64,000 nt of DNA, from NCBI GenBank assembly GCA_963716395.1, contig OY970309.1, forward strand, positions 1,088,001 to 1,152,000. Reading direction: 5' to 3'. This stretch comes from an uncultured Fibrobacteria bacterium. GTDB lineage: Bacteria; Fibrobacterota; Fibrobacteria; UBA11236. The translations under genes and the position numbers were made by a program. This document shows positions 10,360-20,817 of the stretch, piece by piece (within the stretch, counting starts at the first letter, position 1; every line of letters starts with the position of its first letter). The notes beneath the pieces were generated by a model. It saw only the letters and a list, made by a program, of their open reading frames with translations, was not told the DNA's origin and ran no database searches.

Positions 10360-11313
10360 TCAGGGCGCGGGCCAGGGGTGGTAACAGGCCACTCCCGCTT
10401 CCATAGGCGGTTCTTCGCGCCCGCACCGCTCCGACGCGCGGGCACAACGGGGATGAAAGCGGCAGCCCGAAGGCGGTCGGCGCGGATTGGGAACCTGTCC
10501 CGGAATTCCCCGCAAGGGCTGATCGGCGGGAATGCGGGCGGGGATGGAATCGAGCAAGGCCTTGGTGTACGGGTGGCGCGGAGACGTGAACAGGCGGGTG
10601 ACCGGCAAGACCTCCACCACTTTTCCGGCGTACATCACGGCCACGCGATCGGCGACGTTGGGGACCGCTCCCAAATCATGGGTGATGAACAGCAGCGCCA
10701 TGTTCCGCCGCTCGGCCAACGCGCGCAACAACCGGAGAATCTGCGCCTGCACCGTGGCATCGAGGGCCGTGGTGGGTTCGTCGGCCAGCAATAATTTCGG
10801 ATGCAGCGCCAAGGCCATGGCGATGAGCACGCGCTGGCGCATGCCGCCGGAAAGTTCATGCGGATATTGCCGCCATTGGCGCGCCGGATCGGGCAACCCC
10901 ACTTCGCCGAACAATTCCAGCACGCGCAGTTTGGCCTCGCCCGCCGAGCAACCGCCGCGCACGCGCAGCGCTTCGGCCGCCTGGGGACCGCAGCGCAAAA
11001 CGGGATTCAGATACGCCATGGGATCCTGAAACACCATGGCCAGGGAGGCGCCGCGCAATTGACGCCTTTCGGATTCGGGCAACGCGAGCAGATCGCGGTC
11101 TTCGAAACGCAAAGCGCCCCCGGCAAAATATCCGGCCGGCGGCAGCAACCCTATGATGCCCAGCGCCGTGAGGCTTTTTCCGCAGCCCGATTCACCCACC
11201 AAGGCCAGGGCCTCGCCGGCCGCAATGGAAAACGAGGCGCCGTCCACGGCGCGGGCCACCCCGTCTTCGCTGTCGATGTAAATGCGCAGGTCTTCGACGG
11301 CCAGCAGCGGCAT
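10360..11313 (-). CDS. Oligopeptide/dipeptide ABC transporter ATP-binding subunit (OppD/DppD-like)
   Basis: [28 protein letters not shown] and GCRFHPRC. Confidence 0.93.
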   Translation of the reverse strand: MPLLAVEDLRIYIDSEDGVARAVDGASFSIAAGEALALVGESGCGKSLTALGIIGLLPPAGYFAGGALRFEDRDLLALPESERRQLRGASLAMVFQDPMAYLNPVLRCGPQAAEALRVRGGCSAGEAKLRVLELFGEVGLPDPARQWRQYPHELSGGMRQRVLIAMALALHPKLLLADEPTTALDATVQAQILRLLRALAERRNMALLFITHDLGAVPNVADRVAVMYAGKVVEVLPVTRLFTSPRHPYTKALLDSIPARIPADQPLRGIPGQVPNPRRPPSGCRFHPRCARASERCGREEPPMEAGVACYHPWPAP

Positions 11314-11345
11314 GCGCGAAATATGCAATTTGAAATCCCGACGCC

Positions 11346-12008
11346 ATGCGCACCGTGCTGCTCCTCGATCTCGACCACACCTTGTACCCTTCGACCTCGC
11401 CGACCCTGGCCGCGGTCGACGCCCGCATCACCGCCTTCGTGCGGACACGATTGCATCTGGACCGCGAAGCCGCCGACAGCTTGCGGCGCGAGTTGTGCGC
11501 CCGCTTCGGCACCACCTTGAAAGGCCTCGAAATTTTGCACGGCGTCGATCGCGAAACCTATTGCGACTTTGTGCATGGCGTCGACGCTGCCGACTTACCC
11601 GCGCGCAACCCCGCCTTGCGCGCCTGGCTGCTGCGGCTTCGTTGCCCCGCCTATGTCTTCACCAATGCCCGGCGCGATTGGGCCGACCGTTGCCTGCAGG
11701 CATTGGGCCTGCACGATTTGGTGGCCGACGGCGGCGCGCTGCGCGGCATTTTCGACATCGCCTTCGTGGAATGGACCGGCAAACCCGAGCCTTCGGCCTT
11801 TGCCCGGGTCGAACGGCGCGTACGCGAACGGCATCCCGAAACCGACGCCCTGGTACTGGCCGACGACCGCCTCGACAACCTCGCCACGGCCAAGGCGCAG
11901 GGTTGGGAAACGGTCTGGGTGCGGCCCCACGACGTCGGCGGCGAGGAGCATGCGGGACATCGCACGGTGGATTTTCTCACCGATCTCGACCCCGAAGCCT
12001 GGGCATGA
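11346..12008 (+). CDS. HAD-superfamily hydrolase, pyrimidine 5'-nucleotidase-like
   Basis: DLDHTLY, FTNA, GKP and DD..DNL..AK..G motifs. Confidence 0.88.
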   Translation: MRTVLLLDLDHTLYPSTSPTLAAVDARITAFVRTRLHLDREAADSLRRELCARFGTTLKGLEILHGVDRETYCDFVHGVDAADLPARNPALRAWLLRLRCPAYVFTNARRDWADRCLQALGLHDLVADGGALRGIFDIAFVEWTGKPEPSAFARVERRVRERHPETDALVLADDRLDNLATAKAQGWETVWVRPHDVGGEEHAGHRTVDFLTDLDPEAWA

Positions 12009-13087
12009 AAATATTCGCCGTGGCCGGCGAGCCTTCGGGCGACCGCATGCTGGCCCGGTTGCTGGCAGGGTTACGCACCTGTTACCCGGATCTGGAAATC
12101 GCCGGAATGGGGGGGCCGCTCAGCACCGCGCAAGGGCTGCCGACGACTTCGGGCTGGTCGCGCCTGGCGGTCAACGGGGTGGGCGACACGCTGCGGCAGT
12201 TGCCTTTTCTCGCGCGCGCCTATCTTGAACTGCGGCGCAATTTGCGGCGCTTCGCTCCCGATCTGGTTTTGCTGGTCGACTATCCCGGCATGAACGTCGG
12301 CCTCGCGCGTTCGGCGACCGCCCATGGGTATCGCGTGCATTACGTGGGGCCGCCGCAATTATGGGCCTACCGCCGTCCCGCTTCCCGCCTGCGGCGCTTA
12401 CGCCGGGCCCTGCGCGGCGTTTCGCTGCAGGTTCTTTTTCCCTTCGAGCGCGAGTTTTACGCGCCCTGGGCCCAGCACCTGATCGCAGGACATTTTTTCG
12501 CAAAACCGCCCGTCAGGGTGCGGGGCTCCCGGCTGCTGCTGTGCCCCGGAAGCCGGCGCACAGTCTTGCGGCGCAATCTTCCCCTCTGGTTGCAAGCCTT
12601 GTTCTCACCGCCGAATTCCGCCGCGCTGAAACATTTTTCCGGCGTCGACGTCTTGAGTCCGCCGCATCTGAAAGCGGAGGCCACCCGCTATTGCCGGGAT
12701 TTTTCCGCCGAGGTTTTGACTGACTTTTCCGTGGCCAAAAACCGCGCTGCGGCGGCTCTGGCTTTTCCCGGAACCATGACCCTGGAGCTTTTCTTGCACC
12801 GCCTTCCCGCCCGGGTGTGGGCCGTGCTCGACCCCATCACCCTGCGCGCGGGACGGCGGGTTTTGCGCCATCCTTGGACGGCCCTGCCCAATCTGCTTTT
12901 ACAAAAACCGGTTTATGCGGAATGGGTCGGAACTCCCGGCGACTTCCGCCATCATCCACCGAAACTTCCAGCGGAATGGCAGGAAATTCTTGAACTTGAT
13001 AGCGCCGCCGTCTGGCAAAAAATCGGCGCTCCGGCGGGCGAATCCGCGGGAGTGGGCGTCTGCCGCGAATTGTTGCAGGCGATGTAA
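12005..13087 (+). CDS. lpxB: Lipid-A-disaccharide synthase (divergent)
   Basis: AGEPSGD, VDYPGMN, PQLWAYR, LFPFE, PGSR, GTMTLE and LPNLL; ATGA overlap with upstream gene. Confidence 0.85.
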   Translation: MKIFAVAGEPSGDRMLARLLAGLRTCYPDLEIAGMGGPLSTAQGLPTTSGWSRLAVNGVGDTLRQLPFLARAYLELRRNLRRFAPDLVLLVDYPGMNVGLARSATAHGYRVHYVGPPQLWAYRRPASRLRRLRRALRGVSLQVLFPFEREFYAPWAQHLIAGHFFAKPPVRVRGSRLLLCPGSRRTVLRRNLPLWLQALFSPPNSAALKHFSGVDVLSPPHLKAEATRYCRDFSAEVLTDFSVAKNRAAAALAFPGTMTLELFLHRLPARVWAVLDPITLRAGRRVLRHPWTALPNLLLQKPVYAEWVGTPGDFRHHPPKLPAEWQEILELDSAAVWQKIGAPAGESAGVGVCRELLQAM

Positions 13088-13195
13088 TCCCGCGCGGCTG
13101 CGCATAGCATTTTTCCTGGCGTCACAACTGGAATTTTTTTGGGTTTATGCCCTGGATTTTTGCTTTTTCGGGCTTCCGAAGTCTAAAATAAACCG

Positions 13196-14683
13196 ATGTC
13201 TGAAACTCCGCCCACGGCGCCGGAATCGGTCGCTGCAAAGCCCGTCGCGACCCCGGAAACGCCGAGCAAAAAAGCCGATGCCGAAGCGGTGCGGCCCGAG
13301 GACTACCTCGACCTTCGGGTCTCCGCGGAGCGGGCCACTTTGCTGATCAAGGCTTCGGTGCAATTGACGCCCATCGAAATGACCGTGGATTTGCTCAAGG
13401 CCAACCTTGCCCGGACCAAGATCAAAATGCCGGTCGACGACAATTTGCTGCGCGACATCATCGACAACAAGCAGTTCGACAAAGCCCATGTTCTGGCCGT
13501 GGCCAAACCCGTGGTCGAGGGCAAAGACGCCGGCATCGAAGAAATGGTTAAAATCGATCCGGATATCACACCTAAAATTTTGCAGAATGGCCGCGTGGAT
13601 TATAAAAACATCGACAACATCCATACCGTCGAAGCCGGAACGGTATTGGCGGTGAAACATCCGGCCACCTTGGGCGAAGAGGGAATGGACGTTTTCGGCA
13701 AGGTGACTCCCCCCAAGCCGGGCAAAGATGCGCAGTTCAAAGTCGGGCTTAATGTCACAACCTCTCCCGACGGCTTGCAACTCATTGCGGCCACGGGTGG
13801 GTTTCTCTATCGCCAAGCCGGCGCGATTTGCATCGGCGATGGATACATCGTAAAAGGCGACGTGGGTTTCAAAACCGGCAACATCCGTTATCACGGTGTG
13901 GTGCAAGTGCAGGGCGGCGTCTGCGAAGGCTTCACGGTCGAGGCCGACGGCGATGTCACGATTGACGGCAGTGTCGACGGTTCCAGTGTCACTTCGCGCC
14001 AAGGCGGTGTTTTAATCAAGGAAACGGTGTTCGGGCACCACCGCAGTCATATTCGCTCCAAAACCAAAATGCACGTGACCGCCGCGCAAGATGCGCATTT
14101 GGAATGCGAAGGCGTTCTCGAAATCAAAAAATTGCTGCGCAACTGCCAGGCCGCCGGGGGCGAAGTACATGCCGAAGCCTCGGGATGCGTGATTCAAGGC
14201 GGACGCTTGACCGCTTATGGCAACATCCACCTTGCCGGTGTCGGGGGCGAAGGCCTGCATACCGAAGTCGGCATTATCGACCGCGAAGCCGAGCAGCGCC
14301 GCCAGGATTTGGAAAAACTGAAATCCTTGGCGGCGGTGAAAGAAAACCAGGTGCGGGCCTTGGAGCAGAAGCTTAAAGGCATGAAGGCTTTGACCAACAA
14401 GCCCAATGTTCAAATCACCGAACGTATGGCGGCCGAACTCAAAACCTCGGTGCAAAAGCACGCCGACTTGCAACGGGAGTGGCAGGAAGTCATTCAAAAG
14501 AGAAGCGAACTCGAAGGCGCCATGCGCTCCGCTCAAAACCATCCCGGTTTCATCGCCATCAAAGAAAAGGTGTTGGGTTCGGTAAAAATCAATCTTTACG
14601 GTCACGGCTTTGAATTGGGATCCGAAGACGGGGGCAAAAAATGGCTATGGGCGGAAGACGGGGTGGTTTCAGCGCCTTTTTGA
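13196..14683 (+). CDS. FapA / DUF342 family protein
   Basis: GRVDYK, G.DVFG, GDVGFKTGNI.Y.G.V.V.G.V..GF.VEA.GDV.I.G beta-helix pattern and coiled coil. Confidence 0.88.
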   Translation: MSETPPTAPESVAAKPVATPETPSKKADAEAVRPEDYLDLRVSAERATLLIKASVQLTPIEMTVDLLKANLARTKIKMPVDDNLLRDIIDNKQFDKAHVLAVAKPVVEGKDAGIEEMVKIDPDITPKILQNGRVDYKNIDNIHTVEAGTVLAVKHPATLGEEGMDVFGKVTPPKPGKDAQFKVGLNVTTSPDGLQLIAATGGFLYRQAGAICIGDGYIVKGDVGFKTGNIRYHGVVQVQGGVCEGFTVEADGDVTIDGSVDGSSVTSRQGGVLIKETVFGHHRSHIRSKTKMHVTAAQDAHLECEGVLEIKKLLRNCQAAGGEVHAEASGCVIQGGRLTAYGNIHLAGVGGEGLHTEVGIIDREAEQRRQDLEKLKSLAAVKENQVRALEQKLKGMKALTNKPNVQITERMAAELKTSVQKHADLQREWQEVIQKRSELEGAMRSAQNHPGFIAIKEKVLGSVKINLYGHGFELGSEDGGKKWLWAEDGVVSAPF

Positions 14684-14947
14684 CAAGAAATTAACCGATG
14701 TGACCCTTTAACCGTCTTTTCATCGCTTTTTGATTTCGTCGAATGGAATTGATATTTAATTGACCGTTTCTTTCGAATTCATTTCTGACCCGTTTTCTGC
14801 AAAATTTAAAGCCCCGTACACCCTGTTTTAAAGCTTTTTTTAAGAATTTGAGGCTTTATTAGGCCTTTTTGCCAGAAAATCCAGTTGTCGCTGGGGTTTT
14901 TCAGATCATAGTTTTCTTTGCGAATAACGCGCTTCTAAGGAGTTTTT

Positions 14948-15829
14948 ATGGCTGCGCTCGCTTCTTGGATTGGAACATATAAGCCGATTTTGGCTTTGTT
15001 GTATTTATCCGCTTTGGGTGCTTTATGTGTATCCGGAGTGGATGCTTATTTGAAAGTACCTGTTGCACCCGGAGTGCTTTTTGTTTTTATGGCCTTCGTT
15101 TTCGGCATTTATTTGCTGAACCGTACCACCGATTCGGATGAAGATATTCTGAACGATCAAAGTCGCATCGTTTTTTACATGAGCCGGAATTTTTATTTCG
15201 GATTGGCCTTGGCCATCCTTATGGCTGATGCCGTTTTTCTCGTCGCCACGCAAAAATTCCATTGGATTCACGCCGTACTCTTGACATTCGGCGTCTGCTA
15301 CTCCTTTAAGGTGATTCCCTGGATTGCGAAAAATCACCGGATGATTTTTATTCGCATTAAAGAAGTGATCTGGCTGAAGAACCTTTCGGTGGCCCTGCTG
15401 TGGGGGGGAAGTGTCGTGATTATTCCTTCGGTCTATTCCGGAGTTTCGCCCTTTTCCAATCCGGTTTTGCTTCTCATCGGTTTGGGGCTTTTCATCAGCA
15501 GTTTCAACAACACCTTATTCGACGACGTACGCGATCTCGAAGGCGATCGGGCGGCCGGGATTAAGACCTTGCCGACGGAATACGGCGTCCGCTTCAGTTA
15601 TCTGCTTTTGTTCGGTCTGGATGTGATTTGGAGCTCGGCTCTGGTTTTTATTTGGAAAGCGGGCATGCTGAATTTTCGTTGCACCGCGTTTTTGGAATGC
15701 CTGTCGATTTATCCCATGGTCTATCTCGGCCTGTTCAAATTCGTTCCCGGGCAACGCTTCTGGAACAGCTTCTTAGCCGAGGGCGATTTATTTGTTTTCG
15801 GATTGGGACTTTTTCTGATTTCCCGCTAG
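14948..15829 (+). CDS. UbiA family prenyltransferase
   Basis: Asp-rich motifs NRTTDSDED and DDVRDLEGDRAAGIKTLP; multiple TM segments. Confidence 0.88.
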   Translation: MAALASWIGTYKPILALLYLSALGALCVSGVDAYLKVPVAPGVLFVFMAFVFGIYLLNRTTDSDEDILNDQSRIVFYMSRNFYFGLALAILMADAVFLVATQKFHWIHAVLLTFGVCYSFKVIPWIAKNHRMIFIRIKEVIWLKNLSVALLWGGSVVIIPSVYSGVSPFSNPVLLLIGLGLFISSFNNTLFDDVRDLEGDRAAGIKTLPTEYGVRFSYLLLFGLDVIWSSALVFIWKAGMLNFRCTAFLECLSIYPMVYLGLFKFVPGQRFWNSFLAEGDLFVFGLGLFLISR

Positions 15830-15831
15830 TC

Positions 15832-17625
15832 TCAAACCGCGATTTCGGGCACCGCGTTTTCCTTTATGCGTTGCGCGGCGGAATTGCCGGTTACCAAGTT
15901 CTGAAGCACATACTCCTCGGAAAAATCCATGGGGGTTTTGTTGCCGCCGAAGTCGTAAACATACAGCGAGCCTTTTTGCTCCGAGAGCAAACAAACCTTG
16001 GAAAACGAATCCTTTAATTTGGCGAAATGCATTTTAATCGTTTCTCCGCTGGCGATCACGGAGAGGGCTTTGCGCTGAAAGTTTTGCTGTAATAGTTCAT
16101 TCACATTTTGCACGAAGTAAGGGGTGACATAGACATTCTGAAACACGCGGATAATTCCGGCAATATCGGGCAACCCTTCTTTGATGACCATAATGGGTGA
16201 TTTGCGATCAAAATCTTTGGCCAGATCTTCCGAGAAGTTGGGAAAGGTGATTTGAAATTTCACGCCATGATGGCCATCCTCGGCCAAGTTCTTGGAATAA
16301 AGACTGATATGGCCACCGTGGCTTTCGATGATGGTGCGGGAAATGGAAAGGCCCAGCCCGGTGCCTTTACTGCCGATTTTCGTGGTGAAAAAAGCTCTGA
16401 ACATATTTTTCAATTGCTCTTGGTTGCAGCCGATTCCGTTGTCTTCGACGGTGACTAAAATGACGCTCGTGGTGGCTGAAACCCTGACTTTTATTTCCAG
16501 TTCCTCGCCGGGATGGGCCGCATCAAAAGCATTGCCGAAGAGGTTGGTGAAAACTTGGTGTAATTTATCCCAATCTCCCGGTACCTCATAATCGCGTTCG
16601 CAACCGTGAAGCTGAAAATGCTCGCGTTTTTCCGAAAAATTGTCTTTAATCACATCACGAATCAGTGCCGGAAGGTTGAGGGGCTTTTTATCCCGCAAGA
16701 TATGAGTTTTCGACAATTCAAGAATATCCTGGCTGAAATTTTGCAGCCTGGTTACAGATGAGATGATATGCCCCAGAAGCTCTTTACCTTTCCCCGTGAC
16801 CAAATCCATATCATGAATCAATTGGGCATTGCCGGAAATCATGAACATGTAATTCTTGATTTCATGATTGATGATAGCCGTAGATTCGCCGAGTTGGCGA
16901 AGAGATTGGGATTGTTGCAGGTCGGAGTAGGCGGATTGGAGTTTTTCTTGCGCTACGTTGCGATCGCGCAGAAGTTGCAAGAACCGTTCGGTGAAAACCA
17001 TGACATACATAACTCCCATGGTAAAAATCCCGATGATTTTAAAACTGGGAATGATGCGGGTATTGGGATTAACTATTCCGGTCATGTCGGCGATGCCTGA
17101 AACGCCCAAAACTATAAAGCCGGCCAAATGGAACCAGATGATTTTTCTCTCATCACCGATAGCGTGGCGTAACGCAGCGATCAGAACGTAATTGACGCAG
17201 GCTACATAATAAAGTGCTAGCGGAAAGAAGAGAACATAATATAATGGCCCTCCTTCCACTTTGCCTTCATGAATCCCCAACATCCAATTCGAAAAAAGAA
17301 GAGGGAGGCAAACGACGTTAAAGGCTACCATGATTTTCAAAGGAAGCTGACTCTTCCACTTCGTCATGATCAGGTGATAACTGATTGAAGAGATGGTAAA
17401 AAAGCCCGCAATGACATGCAGCATTCTTTCCCAAAACAGCTTGTGCTCCAATGAGCCATGGCCAGGGCTAATCCAAATATCAATGGCCGCCATCAGAGAA
17501 AGCATAATCAGGGCGGCTCCAAAATATCCGAAGCTGCGATCGAATTTGGTTCGGATATCAAGAAGAATGAATAACAGCCCGGCGGCCATTAAAAAAGAAC
17601 AGAGAATTTGGAGTACAATTTCCAT
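15832..17625 (-). CDS. Sensor histidine kinase with ~7 N-terminal TM helices and extra C-terminal domain
   Basis: H-box INHEIKN, N-box NLFGNAFDA, DNGIG, FFTTK and GTGLGL. Confidence 0.92.
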   Translation of the reverse strand: MEIVLQILCSFLMAAGLLFILLDIRTKFDRSFGYFGAALIMLSLMAAIDIWISPGHGSLEHKLFWERMLHVIAGFFTISSISYHLIMTKWKSQLPLKIMVAFNVVCLPLLFSNWMLGIHEGKVEGGPLYYVLFFPLALYYVACVNYVLIAALRHAIGDERKIIWFHLAGFIVLGVSGIADMTGIVNPNTRIIPSFKIIGIFTMGVMYVMVFTERFLQLLRDRNVAQEKLQSAYSDLQQSQSLRQLGESTAIINHEIKNYMFMISGNAQLIHDMDLVTGKGKELLGHIISSVTRLQNFSQDILELSKTHILRDKKPLNLPALIRDVIKDNFSEKREHFQLHGCERDYEVPGDWDKLHQVFTNLFGNAFDAAHPGEELEIKVRVSATTSVILVTVEDNGIGCNQEQLKNMFRAFFTTKIGSKGTGLGLSISRTIIESHGGHISLYSKNLAEDGHHGVKFQITFPNFSEDLAKDFDRKSPIMVIKEGLPDIAGIIRVFQNVYVTPYFVQNVNELLQQNFQRKALSVIASGETIKMHFAKLKDSFSKVCLLSEQKGSLYVYDFGGNKTPMDFSEEYVLQNLVTGNSAAQRIKENAVPEIAV

Positions 17626-17764
17626 AGTTTCTCCCGTTTTGGGAATAAATGCTTGGATAGATGATTATTCTATGTGGAAAAATTTGAGTCAACCATTTAA
17701 ATCAGGTGTTATCTATCCGAATTAAAATTTATGTCTGTTGATAGATTATTGATATAGCCTTAAA

Positions 17765-18559
17765 TTGTTGATAGAATTTGTAAAAGTTTGGACTGCAAAG
17801 CGCGTACCGGGGTTTAGTACGTTCACTGAATTGAACGATCCCGGCTTAATAGCCCTTGGAATTGCGGTATTGCTTTGCGGTCTTACGACCTGGGAAACGC
17901 GAAAAGCACGATGGGCTCCGTTTTTCCCCGCCACGGCATTATTAACCTTCGCTATCCCGTTTCTATTTCCGGGTCTCCCTCCCATGCTGACGACACCGGT
18001 ATGGGGGAGGATTTTGTGGACCACACTGTGCGTCCTGGCAGCCAACGTTATTTGGGAATTGGGCTTATGCACCTTTATTTATGAGCGCCTCGTCCTTCAC
18101 CGATTTGCGTTGGATTCCAGCTTCTTTTGGTCTCCTTCGGCCGCCGTTGAATCCTTGTTCTCCCCCTCCGCACACAATTCCGGCTTCGGGAACCAAGAGT
18201 TGGTGGGATTGGCTTTCATGCTCATTTGGGCGCCCGTCGCGGAAGAAATTTTCTATTGCGGTTTTCTTTATTCCGCCATGCGCCAAGACTTCTCAAACTT
18301 CTCGGCCGCAATGGTTACCGGCCTCGCCTTCTCAACCTGTCATGCATGTAGATTGGCCTCCATACGCCCCTTTCCCTGGCCGGCAGCGATAGGATTTGCA
18401 TTTTCGGCCTTTGGACCTATTGTATTCAACTGCTACTTGTTGGAGATTACCAAAAGCCTTCTACCCTTAATACTGGTACACTTCGCTTCAAATTCGATTT
18501 GGGCTGGCCACCAATGGATATGGGCCACATCCCCAATCAAGACTAATGAAGAGCGCTAG
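17765..18559 (+). CDS. CPBP (Abi/CAAX) intramembrane metalloprotease
   Basis: APVAEEIFYCG, FSTCH and H..SN motifs; hydrophobic; start uncertain. Confidence 0.75.
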   Translation: MLIEFVKVWTAKRVPGFSTFTELNDPGLIALGIAVLLCGLTTWETRKARWAPFFPATALLTFAIPFLFPGLPPMLTTPVWGRILWTTLCVLAANVIWELGLCTFIYERLVLHRFALDSSFFWSPSAAVESLFSPSAHNSGFGNQELVGLAFMLIWAPVAEEIFYCGFLYSAMRQDFSNFSAAMVTGLAFSTCHACRLASIRPFPWPAAIGFAFSAFGPIVFNCYLLEITKSLLPLILVHFASNSIWAGHQWIWATSPIKTNEER

Positions 18560-19772
18560 CTACTTCTCTATCGGCTTCGATGACCTTGGATCTAAGAAAG
18601 GCGGCCCAGTGAACTCCCGGCGCCAAACAAACCAACCGCACCGGATACAACACATGAATGTAATCGGCGTTTTCCAAATATGGATTACCAATCACTTCCG
18701 CGGGGGATGGCCTTTCAGGCATTTGCTCGAAAATACCCTTCTCCATCAAGAATGGTGATGCCCAAACCAAATCGGCAAAATTATATGGTTTCGGTACTGC
18801 CAGAAAGATTTTCTGGGCCCACTCCGTCCAAGCGGCATCTACAACTTTAAACTGGGCATCCTCGTCCATTTGCTGTTGAATGGACACGTCAAGTCCTGAC
18901 CAAAGGATGGAGAATCGGTTCCAAAAAAATAGCGCCACCCCTGGAGGATAGTATTGCTGAAACCGAAGAGAAGCCAAGCGCCCTTCTTCTGCATGCTTGC
19001 CCAACATACGGAATATTCCTGAAGAAATCTCGGCCGCCAAAGCTTGGGTATCGCGGTGAAGGAACCGAAATGCAGTTGCGAGATAACCAAGAACGTTTAC
19101 ATTCGTAGTAGCATCCACTTCATTATTGTTTTCAAAGATCCAGGTGTAAACGCCGCGGTCGTTCTCTTCGACGCCGTTTTCATAGTTGAGTATGCCTTTT
19201 GCAAACCTTCCTTTTCGGAATACATGTTCGCCGAGAAAGCGAACGAACATTTCCCAATCGTGCGCCCATTGATCTTGCAAGGCAAGTCGTGTCCGAGAGG
19301 CAAACCACGCGCAACTGGAGTAGACGATGCTGGAGGTGTCGTTGTCGGGAACGGCGAAGTCCATGAGGCGCACCAAAAAGCGAAACAGGGGATGGCGCTT
19401 CTCAACATATTCGACGGGGGAAAAATAGGAGTACATCACCAAAGAAAATTCGTCACGCTTGACCGGAACCCCCTGCCGATGCAGACCGGCGAGGGTCTTT
19501 TCGCTTCCGCGACGAATGCGTTCGACGATCTCATCCGATAAGAATCGACTCGCTTCGGTCAATACTTCCCAAACCAACAAATCGTTGAAAAAGGACATGT
19601 GTTGCAGGGAAAGCGGGTTTTTGGGATTCGAGATCAAACAAAAGCCGTGATGGCCGGATTCGCGCCGGGAAAAAAGATAGAGGGGCGCGCCCAAAAGCAA
19701 AGACAGTCGCAGACGGGGAACCCGTTTGAAAACAATCCACCAATCCCGTTTGGTGAACAATGCGTCACGCAC
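18543..19772 (-). CDS. Hypothetical protein, possible class II terpene cyclase / alpha-alpha toroid domain
   Basis: PDNDTSS (DxDTT-like), NEVDATTNVNVL and QYYP motifs; frame stays open ~59 codons upstream, so start uncertain. Confidence 0.45.
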   Translation of the reverse strand: MRDALFTKRDWWIVFKRVPRLRLSLLLGAPLYLFSRRESGHHGFCLISNPKNPLSLQHMSFFNDLLVWEVLTEASRFLSDEIVERIRRGSEKTLAGLHRQGVPVKRDEFSLVMYSYFSPVEYVEKRHPLFRFLVRLMDFAVPDNDTSSIVYSSCAWFASRTRLALQDQWAHDWEMFVRFLGEHVFRKGRFAKGILNYENGVEENDRGVYTWIFENNNEVDATTNVNVLGYLATAFRFLHRDTQALAAEISSGIFRMLGKHAEEGRLASLRFQQYYPPGVALFFWNRFSILWSGLDVSIQQQMDEDAQFKVVDAAWTEWAQKIFLAVPKPYNFADLVWASPFLMEKGIFEQMPERPSPAEVIGNPYLENADYIHVLYPVRLVCLAPGVHWAAFLRSKVIEADREVASALH

Positions 19773-20017
19773 GGGACAAAGGCGAAGGGCTTGTCCAAAG
19801 CCGCCCGTTCTTTCAAACGTATCCAGCAGGCTTTGCGCGATCAGGGAAATTTCGTTGCGGGTGGTTGATTCGTCGTTTTTTGAAATCGTATTGCTCCCGA
19901 TGAAGGCTTTGATTCCTATGCCTGATTCGTGTTTTATTTCCCGCGGTTTGGAGCACTAAATATAAACAGGCGCGATTTATTCCGGAAATGAACACCCCAT
20001 CACCGGATAGATCCCAT

Positions 20018-20812
20018 TCATCGCGATTGACTCCTGTCTTCTTCGGAAGCCGCATTTGATGGCGCCCCCTTTTGATTCGGATTGTCGATTCGCGTTTGCA
20101 AACGTTGCCGCCAGGCTACAAGCTTGTCCCCGTCCACGAGACGGCTGGCGGGAGACAAGAAACGATCGGCCTCGGCCTGCACCTTACCGGTCGCGTATCC
20201 CAGGCGCAGCATCACTTCGGCACGCATGAGAATGAAGGCCGGATCATTCAAATCTCCGATGTGGTTAAGAATGCGCACGTAATAATCGGGATCGGTGGCC
20301 AAACCGTACAAAATGCGATTGTCGTTATATGTGTTTCGTAAACGCAAAGTTGCGGTATCGCGAGGTTCTTCGAATTTAAGCGGCGGCAACCATTTCAATT
20401 TCCACAATTCTTCGTCCGTCAGCGGAGGGCCCCAGCGATCCCGCTGTTCGTCCCAGAAGCTTTGAATGTCTTCCGGCAGACTGAAATTCCACAGAGTGGT
20501 TTCGGGATCCATGCGCGCCAACCGGGAAAAAGTCCGGATCGCCGCCATCGTGTCTTTGGCCAACGCGAGATCGAGGATGCCGAGCATGCGATACGCATGA
20601 ATGAGACAAGGGCGATCTACGCGCAACCTTTCTTCGTTGGCCAAGGAAATGAAATTGAGCCAGCGCCCGTACACTTCATTGAGATCACCGTCTTCGAATT
20701 GCTTCTGAAGCTGAATCGTGTCCAAACAGGGAAGCCGAGAGCGTGAAGCCGTTACCGAATCAGGGTCGTAATTTGAGGCTGCAAGCAGGCCCGCGAGAAG
20801 CAAAGACCACAT
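20018..20812 (-). CDS. Secreted helical (TPR-like) hypothetical protein
   Basis: Start MWSLLLAG at 20812, just downstream of the 20818 gene; signal peptide; helical pattern AYRMLGIL...A..TF..L...DP. Confidence 0.6.
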   Translation of the reverse strand: MWSLLLAGLLAASNYDPDSVTASRSRLPCLDTIQLQKQFEDGDLNEVYGRWLNFISLANEERLRVDRPCLIHAYRMLGILDLALAKDTMAAIRTFSRLARMDPETTLWNFSLPEDIQSFWDEQRDRWGPPLTDEELWKLKWLPPLKFEEPRDTATLRLRNTYNDNRILYGLATDPDYYVRILNHIGDLNDPAFILMRAEVMLRLGYATGKVQAEADRFLSPASRLVDGDKLVAWRQRLQTRIDNPNQKGAPSNAASEEDRSQSR

Positions 20813-20817
20813 GGCCT

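Noticed and set aside
9374-11313. Opp/Dpp ATPases lacking adjacent permeases as a novelty
   Set aside because: Split ABC operons are common, and the partners may lie elsewhere in the genome.
11282-12004. 601-aa ORF as an extended LpxB fusion
   Set aside because: The extension is an Arg-rich shadow frame over the HAD gene; the true start is ATG 12005.
19813-20055. Small ORF as signal-peptide precursor for the UbiA/kinase cluster
   Set aside because: No RBS or precursor features; it overlaps neighbouring frames.
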